DNA from: an uncultured Verrucomicrobiae bacterium
Lineage (GTDB): Bacteria; Verrucomicrobiota; Verrucomicrobiia; Chthoniobacterales; Chthoniobacteraceae
Direction of reading: 5' to 3'
DNA length: 64,000 nucleotides
NCBI GenBank assembly: GCA_963828525.1
Contig: CAWHEP010000001.1
Coordinates: forward strand, 143,092 to 207,091
In this document: positions 49,371 through 59,339 of the stretch, one piece after another
How the letters are laid out: every line of letters starts with the position of its first letter
Position numbering within the stretch: the stretch's first letter is position 1
Notes under the pieces: model-generated
Seen by the model: only the letters and a program-made list of their open reading frames with translations
Told to the model about the DNA's origin: nothing
Databases searched by the model: none
Position numbers and translations under genes: made by a program

Positions 49371-51137
49371 ATGTACCGCACCCACGATTGCAACTCGCTC
49401 CGTCCCGCCGATGCCGGCAAAATCGTCACACTGTGCGGATGGGTGAATACCAACCGCGACCATAGAGGCGTCATTTTCATCGATTTACGGGATCGGGAGG
49501 GCCTTACTCAAGTGGTGTTCAGGCCTGAAGAGCGAGCCGAGGCCTCCGCCATCGCGCGCGGTCTGCGTGGAGAGGATGTGATACAGGTCACGGGCACAGT
49601 CGCGGAGCGTCTTGCTGGAACCGAGAACCCGAAACTCGCCACCGGTGGCATCGAGTTGATCGCCAGCCACATCACTCTGCTGAATAAAGCGGAGGTGCCC
49701 CCCTTTCCCATCGACGAAGAGATCGCCAACGAGGATCTGCGGTTAAGCTATCGGTTTCTGGACTTGCGGCGTACTGCCATGGCCCGCAACCTCAAACTGC
49801 GACACCGGATTGTAAAAGGCACTCGGGATTATCTCGACGCTGCCGGATACATCGAGATTGAAACACCGATCCTGTCAAAGAGCACGCCGGAGGGCGCGCG
49901 GGATTTTTTGGTTCCAAGCCGCCTTGCGCCGGGAAGTTTCTACGCGCTGCCCCAGGCCCCTCAGCAGTACAAGCAACTGCTGATGGTGGCGGGCATGGAC
50001 AGGTATTTCCAAGTGGCAAAATGTTTTCGGGATGAGGATTTGAGGGCGGATCGCCAGCCGGAGTTTACACAGATCGATATAGAAGCCTCGTTCATCACTC
50101 CTGAAGAGATATTCGCGCTTGTAGAGGGGTTGCTTCGGCATGTTTTCCTTGCGGCGAAGAACGTGGAGATCCCGACGCCCTTCCCGCGGATGACCTATCG
50201 GGAGGCGTTGGATCGGTACGGTAGCGACAAACCGGACACCCGCTTCGCGATGGAACTTTGCGACGTGTCTGATGTGTTTGCCGGGAGCGAGTTCAAAGTC
50301 TTCAAGAGCGCGCTGGCCGCCGGAGGAGTCGTCAAGGCGCTGAACGCCAGGAACTTGGCGAGTATCACCACAAGCCAGATTGAGGAATTAACGGCGATGG
50401 CGAAGCTCTATGGCGCTAAGGGCCTGGCTTTTATCAAGGTTGAGGGTGGCGAGTGGAAGTCTCCCATTGTTAAGTTCTTCAGTGAGCAGGAGAAGGCTTC
50501 ATTGCGGGAGCGTCTTGCCATCCAAGAGGGGGATCTTATTCTTTTCGGAGCGGATCGGTGGGAGATTGTGTGCGAGGTGCTGGGGCGGATTCGCCTGCGG
50601 GTCGCGGAGCTTCTGAAGCTCGTCACAGACGCAGAGAGGCTCGACTTTCTTTGGGTTGTTGATTTCCCGCTTCTTGCTTTCAGCCCGGAGGAAAACAAGT
50701 GGAACGCCGTGCATCACCCTTTTACGCGTCCGTTGACCGAGGACATGAACTTGTTGGACAAAAAAGAATACGCGTCGATTCGAGCCCAGGCGTACGACGT
50801 GGTGCTAAACGGCGTGGAAATCGGCGGGGGCAGCATCCGAATCCATGAACCTGATCTGCAAGCCAGGATGTTCGAAGTGCTTGGGGTGGGCGCTGAGCAG
50901 CAGCAGAAGATGTTCGGCCACATCTTGCGCGCGTTTAGCTATGGGGCTCCGCCGCACGGGGGACTCGCGCTGGGCTTGGACCGCCTTGTCATGCTCATCT
51001 GCGGGACAGAAAACATCAGGGACGTCATTGCTTTTCCAAAGAACAACCGTGGTATAGACTTGATGAGCCAGTCCCCTAGCGAAGTGGACTTTAAACAACT
51101 CCGCGAACTATCCATTCAGGTCGTCAAAAAACAGTAA
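49371..51137 (+). CDS. aspS: Aspartyl-tRNA synthetase (probably non-discriminating Asp/Asn type)
   Basis: YRTH.C, FIDLRDR, TPEGARDF, FRDEDLRADRQPEFTQ, GAPPHGG, GLDR. Confidence 0.97.
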   Translation: MYRTHDCNSLRPADAGKIVTLCGWVNTNRDHRGVIFIDLRDREGLTQVVFRPEERAEASAIARGLRGEDVIQVTGTVAERLAGTENPKLATGGIELIASHITLLNKAEVPPFPIDEEIANEDLRLSYRFLDLRRTAMARNLKLRHRIVKGTRDYLDAAGYIEIETPILSKSTPEGARDFLVPSRLAPGSFYALPQAPQQYKQLLMVAGMDRYFQVAKCFRDEDLRADRQPEFTQIDIEASFITPEEIFALVEGLLRHVFLAAKNVEIPTPFPRMTYREALDRYGSDKPDTRFAMELCDVSDVFAGSEFKVFKSALAAGGVVKALNARNLASITTSQIEELTAMAKLYGAKGLAFIKVEGGEWKSPIVKFFSEQEKASLRERLAIQEGDLILFGADRWEIVCEVLGRIRLRVAELLKLVTDAERLDFLWVVDFPLLAFSPEENKWNAVHHPFTRPLTEDMNLLDKKEYASIRAQAYDVVLNGVEIGGGSIRIHEPDLQARMFEVLGVGAEQQQKMFGHILRAFSYGAPPHGGLALGLDRLVMLICGTENIRDVIAFPKNNRGIDLMSQSPSEVDFKQLRELSIQVVKKQ

Positions 51138-51180
51138 TGGCCACGAAGCTCATATTACCCTTGCTCGGTAGCGCTTGGAT

Positions 51181-51196
51181 TGGCGCGCCCCTTGCC
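51181..51196 (+). promoter_or_regulatory. Putative sigma54 -24/-12 promoter
   Basis: TGGCGCGCCCCTTGCC with GG-N10-GC spacing, 24 nt upstream of ATG 51221. Confidence 0.55.
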
Positions 51197-51220
51197 GTCA
51201 TAAGAGCCGATTCTTGATAG

Positions 51221-51604
51221 ATGGAGCGGAAGAAGATTCTCATTATCGATGACGAGCCGAGCTTTACCCGCTTGGTGAAGCGCAATCTTGAGAAGACTGG
51301 CAAATATCAGGTATGGGAGGAAAACCAGGGCGCCGAGGCGGTTCAAACCGCCCGGAATGTAAACCCGGGTTTAATCCTGCTGGACATCATTATGCCGTCC
51401 ACGTCGGGAACTGTAATTGCATCCCAACTTCGTTCAGACAACGTGGTGGGGCGAACTCCCGTTGTGTTTTTGACGGCGGTCGTTCCTAAGGAGAAGGCTG
51501 CGGATCAAAAGAGTCTCGGCGGCTTCCCCTTCCTCGCCAAGCCAGCGGCAGTGCAGGAGATCATCGACTGCATCGAGGCCAATCTGCCCCGAGCTGAGGC
51601 TTAG
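51221..51604 (+). CDS. Single-domain response regulator
   Basis: IIDDE, LLDIIMP, FLTA, AKP. Confidence 0.9.
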   Translation: MERKKILIIDDEPSFTRLVKRNLEKTGKYQVWEENQGAEAVQTARNVNPGLILLDIIMPSTSGTVIASQLRSDNVVGRTPVVFLTAVVPKEKAADQKSLGGFPFLAKPAAVQEIIDCIEANLPRAEA

Positions 51605-51688
51605 GATAAGCTCGGTAAACTGACGCGTCGGCTCGGGCGAAAGGTATTCGCTCAAATCGACACGATTTACCTCAATCCCTGTCCACCT

Positions 51689-51704
51689 TGGCACATGATT
51701 TGCT
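51689..51704 (+). promoter_or_regulatory. Putative sigma54 -24/-12 promoter
   Basis: TGGCACATGATTTGCT matches the TGGCAC-N5-TTGCW consensus exactly. Confidence 0.75.
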
Positions 51705-51720
51705 AATAATTATTGGAATC

Positions 51721-52146
51721 ATGGAACTTAATACTGACTTGGAACCTTGCGAGGAACTCGCCACGAACATTCCTAAAATCCTCCTCTTGGACGATGACGA
51801 AAACTTCCAGGAGATTCTAAAAGACTTTCTGGAAACCCATTCGTACCAGGTGGTGGCCGTGAAGAACGGAGTAGAAGGCGTCAGGGAAATCATGGCGAGC
51901 GATTTCGAGGTGATCGTCTGCGACATGCTCATGCCCAACCTGCCTGGAGACATGTTCTACCTTGCCGTCGAACGCATGCGACCCCACCTCTGCAATCGAT
52001 TCATTTTTATAACGGGACTCCGAGATAACCAAAAAGTTTCCAGCTTCATCCAGAAGGTTCGCGGCACGATGCTGGCCAAGCCGTTTCAGGTTAACGACCT
52101 GCTGGAGATGATCGGTTTTGTGCAAATAAGAAGCACCCTCAATTGA
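51721..52146 (+). CDS. Single-domain response regulator
   Basis: LLDDD, VCDMLMP, FITG, KPF. Confidence 0.9.
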   Translation: MELNTDLEPCEELATNIPKILLLDDDENFQEILKDFLETHSYQVVAVKNGVEGVREIMASDFEVIVCDMLMPNLPGDMFYLAVERMRPHLCNRFIFITGLRDNQKVSSFIQKVRGTMLAKPFQVNDLLEMIGFVQIRSTLN

Positions 52147-52174
52147 AGAGTTCCCAGGAGAGACCCTCATCCAT

Positions 52175-52549
52175 ATGCGTATCCTCATAGCCGAAGACGA
52201 AAAAGTCCTTGCAGACGCCCTCGCCGATTTTGTTCGTGAGCACCATCACGAGGTCGTTGCTACGGTGACGAGTGGCGGATTGGATGTCATCCACCAGTAC
52301 AACCGTTTCCACCCCGACCTGGTCATCATGGACATCATGATGCCAAAGTTCAACGGCTTCACCGTCTGCCACGCTCTTCTGAGCAGAGATCCCGCGGCGA
52401 AGGTCGTTCTGCTCTCTGGGCGTCTTAACCACGACCACCCTTTTGTGGCTAATACAGGGGCGATTGGATTCCTCTCCAAACCAGCTGATTTCTCAAAGCT
52501 GGAGCGGATATTAGATCAGATTGAGGCTCCTGACAAAGTAGCCGCGTAA
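52175..52549 (+). CDS. Single-domain response regulator
   Basis: IAEDE, IMDIMMP, LSG, SKP. Confidence 0.9.
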   Translation: MRILIAEDEKVLADALADFVREHHHEVVATVTSGGLDVIHQYNRFHPDLVIMDIMMPKFNGFTVCHALLSRDPAAKVVLLSGRLNHDHPFVANTGAIGFLSKPADFSKLERILDQIEAPDKVAA

Positions 52550-52556
52550 AGGCCTC

Positions 52557-52844
52557 TCACACACCGGGTTTCCCGCTGCGAACCCGCTCCTTTTTGCTTT
52601 CGCAGTTCTCGGTCAGACGACGGATTTCGCTTGAGAGCTGCCGTTCCAGCTTTTCGACTTCTTCGGCCTGACCGGCAGCCCTTGCCTTCTTGATCTCTCC
52701 CGCCAGAAAGAGCTCCTTTTCAGCAATCTTGGCCCGGTTCGACGATTCGATCTCGGCAATGTCTCTTTTCTGTTCTTCAGTGAGGCGCGCCGAGGGGGAC
52801 TGTTTTTCGAGACGCTCCATGGCGAGATCGTAGGCGGATTTCAT
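52557..52844 (-). CDS. Small helical hypothetical protein
   Basis: MKSAYDLAMERL start, coiled-coil composition, fills the intergenic space. Confidence 0.75.
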   Translation of the reverse strand: MKSAYDLAMERLEKQSPSARLTEEQKRDIAEIESSNRAKIAEKELFLAGEIKKARAAGQAEEVEKLERQLSSEIRRLTENCESKKERVRSGKPGV

Positions 52845-52913
52845 AAGTTTTAGCGCGATGTTTGCCCGTTGCTTTTAGGCGATCAACTCCTAATGTAACG
52901 CCTTTCTCGGGCC

Positions 52914-53720
52914 ATGATAAGACTTCTTAGCACGGATTTCGATGGGACGCTCGTGGAGCACTTCGCGTCGCCGCCGGTGAGTCCCGAGTTATTCGATATT
53001 CTCAGCGAACTGAAGCGGAACCGGGTGCTTTGGGCGGTAAATACGGGACGCGCCCTCGCCCATATCGTTGAGGGGTTGGAAGAATTCGCCTTTCCTGTGC
53101 AGCCGGACTTTGTGGTAACAACCGAGCGTGAAATATTTCGCGCCGGCATTGGCGGCTGGGAAGATTTTGGGGACTGGAACCGGCTTTGCCAGGAAGCGCA
53201 CGACGACCTTTACGTCACCGCCGGACAGGTGATGGAGAAGATTCTTAAGTATGTGGAGGAGGCCGGAAGCGCGGAGGTAGTCCGGGAAGGAGGGAGGCCC
53301 GTCGGGCTTGTGGCAGCCTCCGAGCGCGACATGAAGGACATTGTAGAGTTCATCGATGAAACTCGTCAATGTCTGCCTGCCTTCAGTTACCAGCAGAACA
53401 CGGTTTATCTGAGATTTTGTCACGCCGGCTATTCGAAAGGTTCGGCCCTTGCGGAGTTGGGCCGGCTCACTGGTATTCCGCGAGAAGCCACCTGCGCCAT
53501 AGGAGACCACCTCAACGATATTCCGATGTTGGACGGACGCCATGCCCTTCTAACCGGCTGCCCCTCCAACGCGGCGGAAAGGGTAAAACAAACTGTGCAG
53601 GCTTCGGGTGGTATTGTCGCCAAAAGTGTCTGCAGCGCCGGAGTGGTCGAGATCATCCGTCACTTTTGGCGGAAGCCCTCGCGCGCCTCCGCTTTCAAGG
53701 AAATCGCGCTCTCCGATTGA
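52914..53720 (+). CDS. HAD-superfamily hydrolase (Cof/IIB-like)
   Basis: DFDGTL, NTGR, SKG, GDHLND. Confidence 0.9.
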   Translation: MIRLLSTDFDGTLVEHFASPPVSPELFDILSELKRNRVLWAVNTGRALAHIVEGLEEFAFPVQPDFVVTTEREIFRAGIGGWEDFGDWNRLCQEAHDDLYVTAGQVMEKILKYVEEAGSAEVVREGGRPVGLVAASERDMKDIVEFIDETRQCLPAFSYQQNTVYLRFCHAGYSKGSALAELGRLTGIPREATCAIGDHLNDIPMLDGRHALLTGCPSNAAERVKQTVQASGGIVAKSVCSAGVVEIIRHFWRKPSRASAFKEIALSD

Positions 53721-54718
53721 ACCGCGGTCTGTGGATTTTTTTGCTGTGTCTTTCGGCGTCCGTCCATGGGGAGGACAAGCCGTCATTCATCCGCGGCATG
53801 ACGGTATCGGCGCAGACCTCAGGATGGGAGTGGGGAACGCCCCAGATGGAGGCCACTCTCGACCAACTCAAATCCTTGGGGGTTCGATGGATTGCCATTC
53901 ACCCGTACGCGCGCATCGAGACAAACGGCGGCGTCTCCTTTTCACAGGAAGCCGAGCCCGGCTATGTCACGAAACCGCTCGACTGGGCAAAGGCTCGCGG
54001 GATGGGAGTGATGCTCATTCCCCACATCGCGTACTGGGGCACGCCATTTTTATGGCGGGGGGAAATAGATTTTAGGAAGCCTTCGGAATGGAACCGGTTT
54101 TTCGCTGACTACCAAAGGTGGATTGTCTTGATGGCCCAAATCGCGGAAGCGCATCACGCAAAGATATTCTGCGTGGGGTTGGAATATGTCTGCGCTCAAA
54201 AATACACGAACCGGTGGCGTCAAATCATTGCCGCTGTCCGCGCGGTATACCATGGGAAAATAACTTATGGAGCGAACTGGAGCGAATTCGACAATGTGAA
54301 GTTCTGGGACGCGCTCGATTACATCGGCATCCTGGGCTACTTTCCCGTGTCAAACGCTCCAGATCCCACGTCTGCTGAAATCGCAAAAGGATGGGAACCA
54401 TGGATGAGCAAGCTGCAAAGTCTTTCTGTCACATACAGCAAGCCCGTCCTTTTTACCGAAGTTGGCTACAATGAAAGCGCCGAATGCGCGGCAAAACCAT
54501 GGGCGTTCTCCACGGGAGGCGCCGATGCCGCGGGCGTCCAGGGCCGTTGCGTGGAACAGGCGCTCGCCTTGGAAAGCCGCTTCCCGTTCCTGGCGGGAAT
54601 CTTCTTCTGGAAGTGGTTTCCAGATTTTCCTGATCCGGAGAAAGAGACATTCGACATGCGCGCGCCGAATCTTCAGAGGATCGTCGCCGCTCATTGGGGC
54701 TCTGGCGAAGCCCGTTGA
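53717..54718 (+). CDS. Secreted GH113-like glycoside hydrolase
   Basis: TTGA overlap start, signal peptide, WRG.I, GLE (acid/base), ITYGANW, FWD.LD.IG, FTEVGY (nucleophile). Confidence 0.8.
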   Translation: MNRGLWIFLLCLSASVHGEDKPSFIRGMTVSAQTSGWEWGTPQMEATLDQLKSLGVRWIAIHPYARIETNGGVSFSQEAEPGYVTKPLDWAKARGMGVMLIPHIAYWGTPFLWRGEIDFRKPSEWNRFFADYQRWIVLMAQIAEAHHAKIFCVGLEYVCAQKYTNRWRQIIAAVRAVYHGKITYGANWSEFDNVKFWDALDYIGILGYFPVSNAPDPTSAEIAKGWEPWMSKLQSLSVTYSKPVLFTEVGYNESAECAAKPWAFSTGGADAAGVQGRCVEQALALESRFPFLAGIFFWKWFPDFPDPEKETFDMRAPNLQRIVAAHWGSGEAR

Positions 54719-54728
54719 GCGGAATCGT

Positions 54729-55040
54729 TCAGAGGGAGTCTTCCTCGCCTTCTCGGGCGGTTAGTTGCCCAGTGTCCTCAGGAATGCGGCCGAGATGAGA
54801 ACCTAGGGTTCTGCCGAAGATCGTAAGCAGCGACGCCTGCCACGTGGCCTTCCGGCCCTCGAACGCGAACCTCTGGATCGCGGCAATCTGATCCCTCGAT
54901 AGGGAGATTTGCCCGGTGCCCTGATCCACCAAGTTTCCCAGCGTCGCTATAAGCGCTCCGTATGCTTCGTCGGGATCACCTCGGCGCGCCGACGCTTTAA
55001 GCACTGCGACTTCCATGGGATTCAGCGTGTAGTACGGCAT
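54729..55040 (-). CDS. Small hypothetical protein
   Basis: ORF filling the gap between GH113 and uup, with protein-like amphipathic sequence (IQRFAF...WQ..L..IFGRTLG..LGR). Confidence 0.6.
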   Translation of the reverse strand: MPYYTLNPMEVAVLKASARRGDPDEAYGALIATLGNLVDQGTGQISLSRDQIAAIQRFAFEGRKATWQASLLTIFGRTLGSHLGRIPEDTGQLTAREGEEDSL

Positions 55041-55183
55041 CGGGGAGAAGAAAAGAAACGCCTGTCCTGCCATTAGAGCAAGTCGCCTGCCGCAAAATCG
55101 CCAAAAACGGGTTCATCTCCGTCCCACGCGGCATGCACACTCTGGGTGACAACGCGGCTTAACCGCGTAATGTCCCCGTCTCC

Positions 55184-57064
55184 ATGCCGACAGCCGTCAA
55201 CACAATAGCCAGCGCGTCTGAACTCGTCGTAAAGTACGGCGTTCAGACCGTGCTCGACCGTGCCACGCTGAGCATAAACGATGGCGAACGCATCGGCTTG
55301 GTCGGGCGGAACGGAACGGGGAAATCCACCTTCCTTCAGATTGCGGCGGGCGCTCTCGAGCCCGATGCTGGGCAGTTTACAAGACGGCAGAACCTTGTTA
55401 CGGGATACATGCCGCAGATTTTTGATCTGGATGAGACGGCAACGGTTCAGGCCAACGTATTTGCGGGCGCGCGCCATATTCTCGACCTAATCGCCGAGTA
55501 CCAGCGCCTTCCGGCGGAAAGTCCGCGGGCTGGCGAAGCGCTCGATGAGATAAATCACTTTGACGGCTGGAGCATAGAGCATCGCGTAAAGAGCCTCATC
55601 ATGAACCTTCATGCGCCCGCTGAAGACCGTGAAGTATCTACTCTTTCGGGTGGCGAAAAACGCCGTGTAGCCCTGTGCCGAGCTTTGGTGGCGCAGCCTG
55701 ATTTCCTGATCCTGGATGAACCGACAAACCACTTGGATACAGGCTCCATCGAGTGGCTTGAGGATTTTCTCTCCCGCTATTCGGGCGCGTGTCTCTTCGT
55801 AACCCATGACCGCTATTTCCTGGATCGGGTGGCAACGCGCATTGTCGAGCTTTCGCGCGGAGTCTTTGATAACTACGAGGGTAACTACACCGATTTCCTA
55901 CTCGCGCGCGCCACGCGGCGAGCTGTCGAAGAGGCGCAGGAGAGCAAGCGTCAGAAATATCTCAAGCGCGAACTCGAGTGGGTGCGGCAGGGGACAAGCG
56001 CGCGCCGAACAAAGTCCGTCGACCGAATAGAGCGCTACTTTGAACTGGCCGCTCAGGAAGCTCCTGAGCCAGAGCTTGACGTGGAACTCATCATCCCCCC
56101 AGCTCCAAAGCTGGCGAATCGCGTTATTGAGCTTTCCGGGCTTGGCGTCGATCTTGGGGGTCGCGCTCTTATTGATAATCTCAATCTGAATCTGGCGGAG
56201 GGCGAGCGGCTCGGGGTCGTGGGGCGCAATGGTCTGGGAAAGAGCACCCTGCTCCGGCTCATCCTTGGCGAACTGGAGCCGACGCGCGGCGAGGTTCGCA
56301 TCGGCGCGAGGACGCAGATAAACTACGTGGATCAGAATCGGATGTTGCTGGATAACGCCAAGACCGTTTGGGATGAGGTTAGTGAAGGCAGCGAATATGT
56401 CAGGCTAGGCGAGGAGACGATCACGCTTCGCGGATATCTGCGCAGGTTTCTTTTCACCGAGGACAGAATCAACACGAAAATCGAGCACCTCAGTGGCGGG
56501 GAGCGGAGCAGGGTTTTGCTGGCGAAAATCCTCAAACGAGGCGGCAACGTATTGATCCTCGATGAGCCAACAAACGATCTCGATCTTGGGACACTCCGCC
56601 TCTTGGAAGAAGCATTGGTCGCGTACCGCGGCAGTGTCATCGTCGTGAGCCACGACCGTTATTTCCTGAACCGGGTTTGCACCGCGATTCTCGCCTTCGA
56701 AGGAGAAGGGATCGTCACGTATAACGTGGGAAATTACGACTACTACCTGGACAAGCGCGTCAAGAAAGCTGTCGTGCCGGAGCCTATGAAAGCGCCTGCC
56801 CCCCAGGTTGCGCGCGCGGTAAAGCCCCGCAAGCTAAAGTACAAGGAGGAGCGGGAACTCGAAGGCATGGAAGCAGCCATCATGGCAGCCGAAGAAGATG
56901 CCGGGGTGATGGAAAAGATGCTGGCAGATCCAGAGCTATTTACAACGCGGCGCTCCGAATGGGGCAGCATGGATGCTCAGTTGCGAGCCAAGCGCGACAA
57001 GGTAGCTCGGCTGTATGCCCGGTGGGAAGAGTTGGCAGCGGCGAAAAAGCCGCCCGCAGAATAA
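55184..57064 (+). CDS. uup: ABC-F ATPase, Uup-like
   Basis: Two ABC domains (GRNGTGKS, GRNGLGKS, LSGGE, LDEPTN), no TM, C-terminal KLKYKE.REL...RWEEL domain. Confidence 0.88.
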   Translation: MPTAVNTIASASELVVKYGVQTVLDRATLSINDGERIGLVGRNGTGKSTFLQIAAGALEPDAGQFTRRQNLVTGYMPQIFDLDETATVQANVFAGARHILDLIAEYQRLPAESPRAGEALDEINHFDGWSIEHRVKSLIMNLHAPAEDREVSTLSGGEKRRVALCRALVAQPDFLILDEPTNHLDTGSIEWLEDFLSRYSGACLFVTHDRYFLDRVATRIVELSRGVFDNYEGNYTDFLLARATRRAVEEAQESKRQKYLKRELEWVRQGTSARRTKSVDRIERYFELAAQEAPEPELDVELIIPPAPKLANRVIELSGLGVDLGGRALIDNLNLNLAEGERLGVVGRNGLGKSTLLRLILGELEPTRGEVRIGARTQINYVDQNRMLLDNAKTVWDEVSEGSEYVRLGEETITLRGYLRRFLFTEDRINTKIEHLSGGERSRVLLAKILKRGGNVLILDEPTNDLDLGTLRLLEEALVAYRGSVIVVSHDRYFLNRVCTAILAFEGEGIVTYNVGNYDYYLDKRVKKAVVPEPMKAPAPQVARAVKPRKLKYKEERELEGMEAAIMAAEEDAGVMEKMLADPELFTTRRSEWGSMDAQLRAKRDKVARLYARWEELAAAKKPPAE

Positions 57065-57084
57065 AATTTTGCCCTGATGGGCTG

Positions 57085-57486
57085 CTACTTGCCCTTGAGG
57101 TACGCTTTCCAGCCGCCAAATTCGGTGATCTCCCTGCGGTTCTCGCAGAGGATGTTCTCTCCGAGCACGCCGAGGACTTCTTCACCGTTACTTAGGCGGA
57201 CCTTGCCAACGCAGAGACCGGGAGGTTCCTTCAGCAGGATGGAAGCGAGTCCGGGCGGAGGTACAGACCAAACCTCTACGGCGATCTGGGCGCCTCCACT
57301 CGCCACCCGCAACATGGCGGGATGCACATCATTGATTGAAAACATTCGGTAGGCGGGTTCCGTTGTCGCCTCCTTCACGAATGTGGCATGCGCATCCAGC
57401 ATATTTCCGTTCAGGGGCAGGGTGGTCATAAGACTGCCATTAACTGCGAGGAGGACACTTTCGGACGAATTCATATGCGGGATCAT
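57085..57486 (-). CDS. Stand-alone allophanate-hydrolase C-terminal (GGCT-like) domain protein
   Basis: LAVNG.LM..L.LN, T...YR, I.VEVW, P.GL.VG.V.L..G..V.G, EIT.FGGW.AY. Confidence 0.8.
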   Translation of the reverse strand: MIPHMNSSESVLLAVNGSLMTTLPLNGNMLDAHATFVKEATTEPAYRMFSINDVHPAMLRVASGGAQIAVEVWSVPPPGLASILLKEPPGLCVGKVRLSNGEEVLGVLGENILCENRREITEFGGWKAYLKGK

Positions 57487-57548
57487 ACTTCGAACGAAAC
57501 GCGTTGCGCCACAGAAAGTTCCAGAGCTTTCATTCTGAAGATTTGGCC

Positions 57549-58229
57549 CTACCGGATCGAGTCCAGCACCGCGGAGGAGTCCGCCACGGAACCGAAAACC
57601 CCGCCCTGCATCTTAACCATCTTTAGCGCCGCGAGATGGTTTCCGTGATCAGTGGCGCCGGTGCAATCGGAAAGGACGAGACATTCGTAGCCACGATCGT
57701 TCGCCTCCCGCATCGTCGTATGGACGCACACATCGGTTGTGATGCCAGTAAGGATGAGGTTCTCAATCTTTTTATGCTTGAGGATTAGATCAAGGTCCGT
57801 CGCGTAGAAAGAGCCTTTCCCCGGTTTATCGATGATCGTCTCCCCTTCTAGCGGTCGCAGTTCCTCTATGATTTCCCACCCGCTCTCGCCTCTGATGAGG
57901 ATCCGTCCGCAAGGCCCGGCGTCGCCAATGCCCGCCCCGATGCGGCAACTGCGCCACCGCTTGTTATCAGGGAGATCAGCCAGGTCGGGACGGTGTCCTT
58001 CGCGGGTGTGGATGATATGAAACCCTCTCTCCCGCGCTGCGGCAAGGACGCGCTGGATTGGCGCGATCGGGGCGCGAGTAAGTGACAAATCGTACCCCAT
58101 CTTGTCCACGTATCCACCGAAGCCGCAGAAGTCTGTCTGCATGTCGATGATAACGAGCGCGGTGTTTTCGGGGCGCAGGTCGCCGTTGTAAGGGTATGGA
58201 TACGGGTCAGCTTCGATGTGAGACTTCAT
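57549..58229 (-). CDS. biuH: Biuret hydrolase (isochorismatase-like cysteine hydrolase)
   Basis: [61 protein letters not shown]. Very close to characterised BiuH as recalled. Confidence 0.88.
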   Translation of the reverse strand: MKSHIEADPYPYPYNGDLRPENTALVIIDMQTDFCGFGGYVDKMGYDLSLTRAPIAPIQRVLAAARERGFHIIHTREGHRPDLADLPDNKRWRSCRIGAGIGDAGPCGRILIRGESGWEIIEELRPLEGETIIDKPGKGSFYATDLDLILKHKKIENLILTGITTDVCVHTTMREANDRGYECLVLSDCTGATDHGNHLAALKMVKMQGGVFGSVADSSAVLDSIR

Positions 58230-58308
58230 ACTTGGACGGGTCTGGCCGCAGGGTTTGCCTACGGCCAGACTCCTTCTATTTAACTCTTGCGAGCGGCTAT
58301 GTGTCTCC

Positions 58309-59262
58309 CTAAAAGAAGATCGTCAACCCGACATGCCCTTGCACAAGGTTGCGCTGGCGGTGCGAAGTGGCGAGGACCTGATTCCCGTCCAGCAACCCCT
58401 CATTCTGAAGGTTGTAATATTGCACGCCGGCATACACACTCCATAACCCATAGCCTTTGGGGATGCACTTGATGGGGACCGTGCCCTTGAATTCCGTAGA
58501 GATGAGAGCGAATCCCGATCCGCCGCCGGACCCGTTGAACTTCTGGTAGAAGTGATCTCCGACGAAGTTTGCAAATGTCGGCAGCTCCAGCGTCAATGGA
58601 ATATTCTTGAAGGCGTATGTCGGGTCCATCCCTGCCACGAAGTAGAAACTCCTGCGCGACGTGGCGGGATCCAGATCTACAGTGGCTTTATTCGTAACCT
58701 CCTGAAAATATTCCACGTAAGGGTTTAACTTAAAGCCCGTGAAACACGAGTCGTGGTAGGTTAATTTGAAGTCAAGATTCGTGGAGGTAGGATAGGCGTC
58801 CACCTGGCTCGTGAAGGAGGTGTAGAATGTGTCGAATTGGAACCCCTTCAGGAACTTCGCCGTAAGACCAGCGGTGAAATCGATTTCGTTCCAAGCGCCT
58901 GGATGTGTGCCGCCTGCATTCTTGGTGTAGGTATTGAAGTCATTCCACACACCAGCCGTGAATGTGAGATCTTCGAATGAGCTCGTCTTCGAGGAGTATA
59001 GATCGAAAAAGAGCAGAGCGAGAGGCTGGATGACGAGGCCCTTGTCCTCGACATTCAGGCCGCGCGGCGTGATATAGTTTGTTGAGAACTCGAAATTCAG
59101 CAGCCCAGTGATTTTCGAGCCGAGACTCTCTTCCTCGATCACCGGCTTGTTAAGTTTGCTTTCGGCAGTGTCTGTGCCGGCAAATGACTGCGTCGCGGTT
59201 GTGAGCAGAGAGGCGCACAAAACGGCGGCTCTTATGAGCGGGATGGCGGATGTTGTTTTCAT
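58309..59262 (-). CDS. Putative outer-membrane beta-barrel/porin
   Basis: AGGAG RBS, signal peptide, alternating aromatic beta-strands, C-terminal GHVGLTIFF with terminal Phe. Confidence 0.72.
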   Translation of the reverse strand: MKTTSAIPLIRAAVLCASLLTTATQSFAGTDTAESKLNKPVIEEESLGSKITGLLNFEFSTNYITPRGLNVEDKGLVIQPLALLFFDLYSSKTSSFEDLTFTAGVWNDFNTYTKNAGGTHPGAWNEIDFTAGLTAKFLKGFQFDTFYTSFTSQVDAYPTSTNLDFKLTYHDSCFTGFKLNPYVEYFQEVTNKATVDLDPATSRRSFYFVAGMDPTYAFKNIPLTLELPTFANFVGDHFYQKFNGSGGGSGFALISTEFKGTVPIKCIPKGYGLWSVYAGVQYYNLQNEGLLDGNQVLATSHRQRNLVQGHVGLTIFF

Positions 59263-59323
59263 GGTGTCTCCTTGGTGCGGGTTAATCGTTACCTCGCGTT
59301 GGCGGTAACGCGTTGACGCCGAT

Positions 59324-59339
59324 AGCGTCTTCCGTGCCA
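59324..59339 (-). promoter_or_regulatory. Putative sigma54 promoter for the porin-biuH-AH_C operon
   Basis: Minus strand TGGCACGGAAGACGCT, GG-N10-GC. Confidence 0.6.

Noticed and set aside
53369..53716. N-terminal extension of the GH113 ORF
   Set aside because: Overlaps the HAD gene, and the signal peptide begins at TTG 53717
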